Source of the DNA: an uncultured Methylomirabilota bacterium
Lineage (GTDB): Bacteria > Methylomirabilota > Methylomirabilia > Methylomirabilales > 2-02-FULL-66-22
Reading direction: 5' to 3'
Assembly: GCA_963705305.1 (NCBI GenBank)
Contig: OY970067.1
Span: 5,472,001 to 5,536,000 of the forward strand
Length of the DNA: 64,000 nucleotides
Notes under the pieces: generated by a model
What the model was told of the DNA's origin: nothing
The model's input: the letters and a program-made list of their open reading frames with translations, nothing else
Database searches by the model: none
Program-made: the position numbers and the translations under genes
Shown here: positions 62,500-64,000 of the stretch, piece by piece
Layout: every line of letters begins with the position of its first letter
How positions within the stretch are numbered: the first letter of the stretch is position 1

Positions 62500-63435
62500 T
62501 CACGGATTTTTCGGCCGTTCTCCCACGGGGCCGGGGTGTGCGGGGAAACTGCCCGCGGGCACCGGACTGGCGGAGTGCCTCGCCAGATCGCCCACCAGCT
62601 CGTCGAGCGTGGCTGGCAGATAGTCCTCTGGATTGACGGGGCTGCCCTCCCTGCGGACTTCGAAGTGCAGATGCGGGCCGGTGGCGTGCCCTGTCTCCCC
62701 CACTCCCCCGATGGCCTGCCCCTGACGGACCGTGTCCCCCTCGTGCGCGATGATCACCGAGAGATGGGCGTACACGGTCTGCAGTCCGTGACCATGCCGG
62801 ATGACGACCACGTTCCCCAGACCGTTCCCGCTGGCCCTGGCGTAGACGACCTCGCCGTCGGCAGCCGCCGTCACCTCGCGGTAGGATGAGGCGCCGATGT
62901 CTATGCCGGCATGAAACTTCCCCCAGCGGGGTCCGAACGGGGAGGTGATCGGCCCAAGCAGCGGCCAGGTCAGCTCGGCATTCGTCCGCACGTGGGGACG
63001 AGGCGGCGCCGGAGAGGCCGGCGGGACGGGCAGCTCCTCTCGCAGGGATTGCTCCAGTGTCTGCCGCTCCTGTGGCTGCAGCGGCCGGAAGACCTCGACC
63101 CGCTTGGCGGCCTTCGCCCCGGGGATGAACAGCCGCTGCCCGATTGCGAGCGGTGCGGAAGGCTTTAGGTGGTTCGCACGGATCAGGACAGCCACAGGAA
63201 CCTCATACGCCTGGCTGATGCGAAAAAGCGTCTGCCCACCGGTCACGATGTGGAAGATTCCTTTCGGTTTCTGCGTGCCCGGCCGGTTTCGCGATGCGGC
63301 GGCATGGCCGGCGGGGGAAAGCGCGAGCGCGAATCCGATCATGAAGCAAAGCACCAGACGAATGAGGCGGGAAGGAATGCGGCGGGGTGCGCTAAGAGCT
63401 CTTCGGCAGGGTGTTTGTTGTCGCTGCGCATACAT
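62500..63435 (-). CDS. LysM plus M23 family peptidoglycan endopeptidase (NlpD-like)
   Basis: LysM (HIVTGGQTLFRIS...IGQRLFIP); HAGID, YAHL, HLHFE; start uncertain (63435 or 63342). Confidence 0.92.
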   Translation of the reverse strand: MYAQRQQTPCRRALSAPRRIPSRLIRLVLCFMIGFALALSPAGHAAASRNRPGTQKPKGIFHIVTGGQTLFRISQAYEVPVAVLIRANHLKPSAPLAIGQRLFIPGAKAAKRVEVFRPLQPQERQTLEQSLREELPVPPASPAPPRPHVRTNAELTWPLLGPITSPFGPRWGKFHAGIDIGASSYREVTAAADGEVVYARASGNGLGNVVVIRHGHGLQTVYAHLSVIIAHEGDTVRQGQAIGGVGETGHATGPHLHFEVRREGSPVNPEDYLPATLDELVGDLARHSASPVPAGSFPAHPGPVGERPKNP

Positions 63436-63655
63436 CGTGTAGGAATATACTCGGCGGAACCCCATTGGTCAACAGGGCGGGGGGCCGGGCAGCCCGCCGG
63501 GGGATGTCCGTTCCCGGAGTCACCCGCCATCCCGGCGCCCGCCCGAAATTTCCGGAGAGGCGAATCATCCTCTTTCTTCCTATCACCTAATCCAGTAAGG
63601 TTGAACTTCGGGGGCGCCGCCCCCGTCCCGTTCGCTCATCACTGCGGAGGAATTC

Positions 63656-64000
63656 ATGGGCTGGTTGTGGCTGCTCCTGTGCTGCTACGGGGTGGGAATG
63701 CTGTACGTCGCCCCCCGCTCCTCCGACATCAAGGGCTTTTTCTGGGGATACGACCGCCAGGGCCGGGAGGCGAAAACCTGGATGCTGACCGGCAGCATCG
63801 TGATGGCATGGATCTTCGCCAAGTCGGTGACGAACGCCGCCAATCTGGGCGCGGCCTTTGGCGTGGTGGGCGGTCTGGCGTATGCCGCCTATTATCTCTC
63901 CATCCCGGTGGCAGGCTTCACCATTGCCTCGATCCGGAAGCGGCACGGCGTCGGCAGCCTGGCGGAATTCTTGATCCTGAAGTACGGCCGGACGGCCACC
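63656..64000 (+). CDS. sodium:solute symporter family protein (partial, runs off the window)
   Basis: Not in the ORF track. RBS GGAGGA; MGWLWLLL...GFFWG...WIFAKSVTNAANLGAAFGVVGGLAYAAYY...SLAEFLILKYG. Confidence 0.8.
   Translation, partial: MGWLWLLLCCYGVGMLYVAPRSSDIKGFFWGYDRQGREAKTWMLTGSIVMAWIFAKSVTNAANLGAAFGVVGGLAYAAYYLSIPVAGFTIASIRKRHGVGSLAEFLILKYGRTAT

Overview
High-GC bacterial chromosomal DNA, densely coding, with about 60 genes. The lineage cannot be fixed from sequence alone; gene content and repeat types would fit an uncultured lineage such as Methylomirabilota/Deltaproteobacteria-like, which is weak inference. Most genes are metabolic or housekeeping: methyltransferases, HAD hydrolases, a nitroreductase, a trans-sulfuration enzyme, YeiH/LysR, mmsA, aspA, recD2, typA, uppP, a UbiD decarboxylase, two NitT/TauT-type ABC systems, acnA, ggt, iscS, dinB and an M23 peptidase. 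There is one tRNA-Gln(TTG) and one complete IS1380-family element with TIRs and TSD. No CRISPR array, rRNA or prophage was seen. The most notable items are: (1) a PolB2-type (IVDS motif C) B-family DNA polymerase with a palindromic operator in its promoter and a heptamer-repeat insert in its coding region; (2) four copies of a MITE that have acquired nested mini-palindromes; (3) a GNAT-PLP class V fusion enzyme; (4) a three-gene operon of unknown exported proteins with compositional mosaicism; (5) a Spy/CpxP-like protein with a His-Arg-Trp repeat tail; (6) a long structured leader before an ABC operon; (7) two genes collapsed by internal deletion. Five frameshifts in four otherwise intact genes suggest assembly indel errors, so pseudogene calls need read-level checking. 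I cannot claim a clearly novel multi-gene system; the best candidates are listed as findings.
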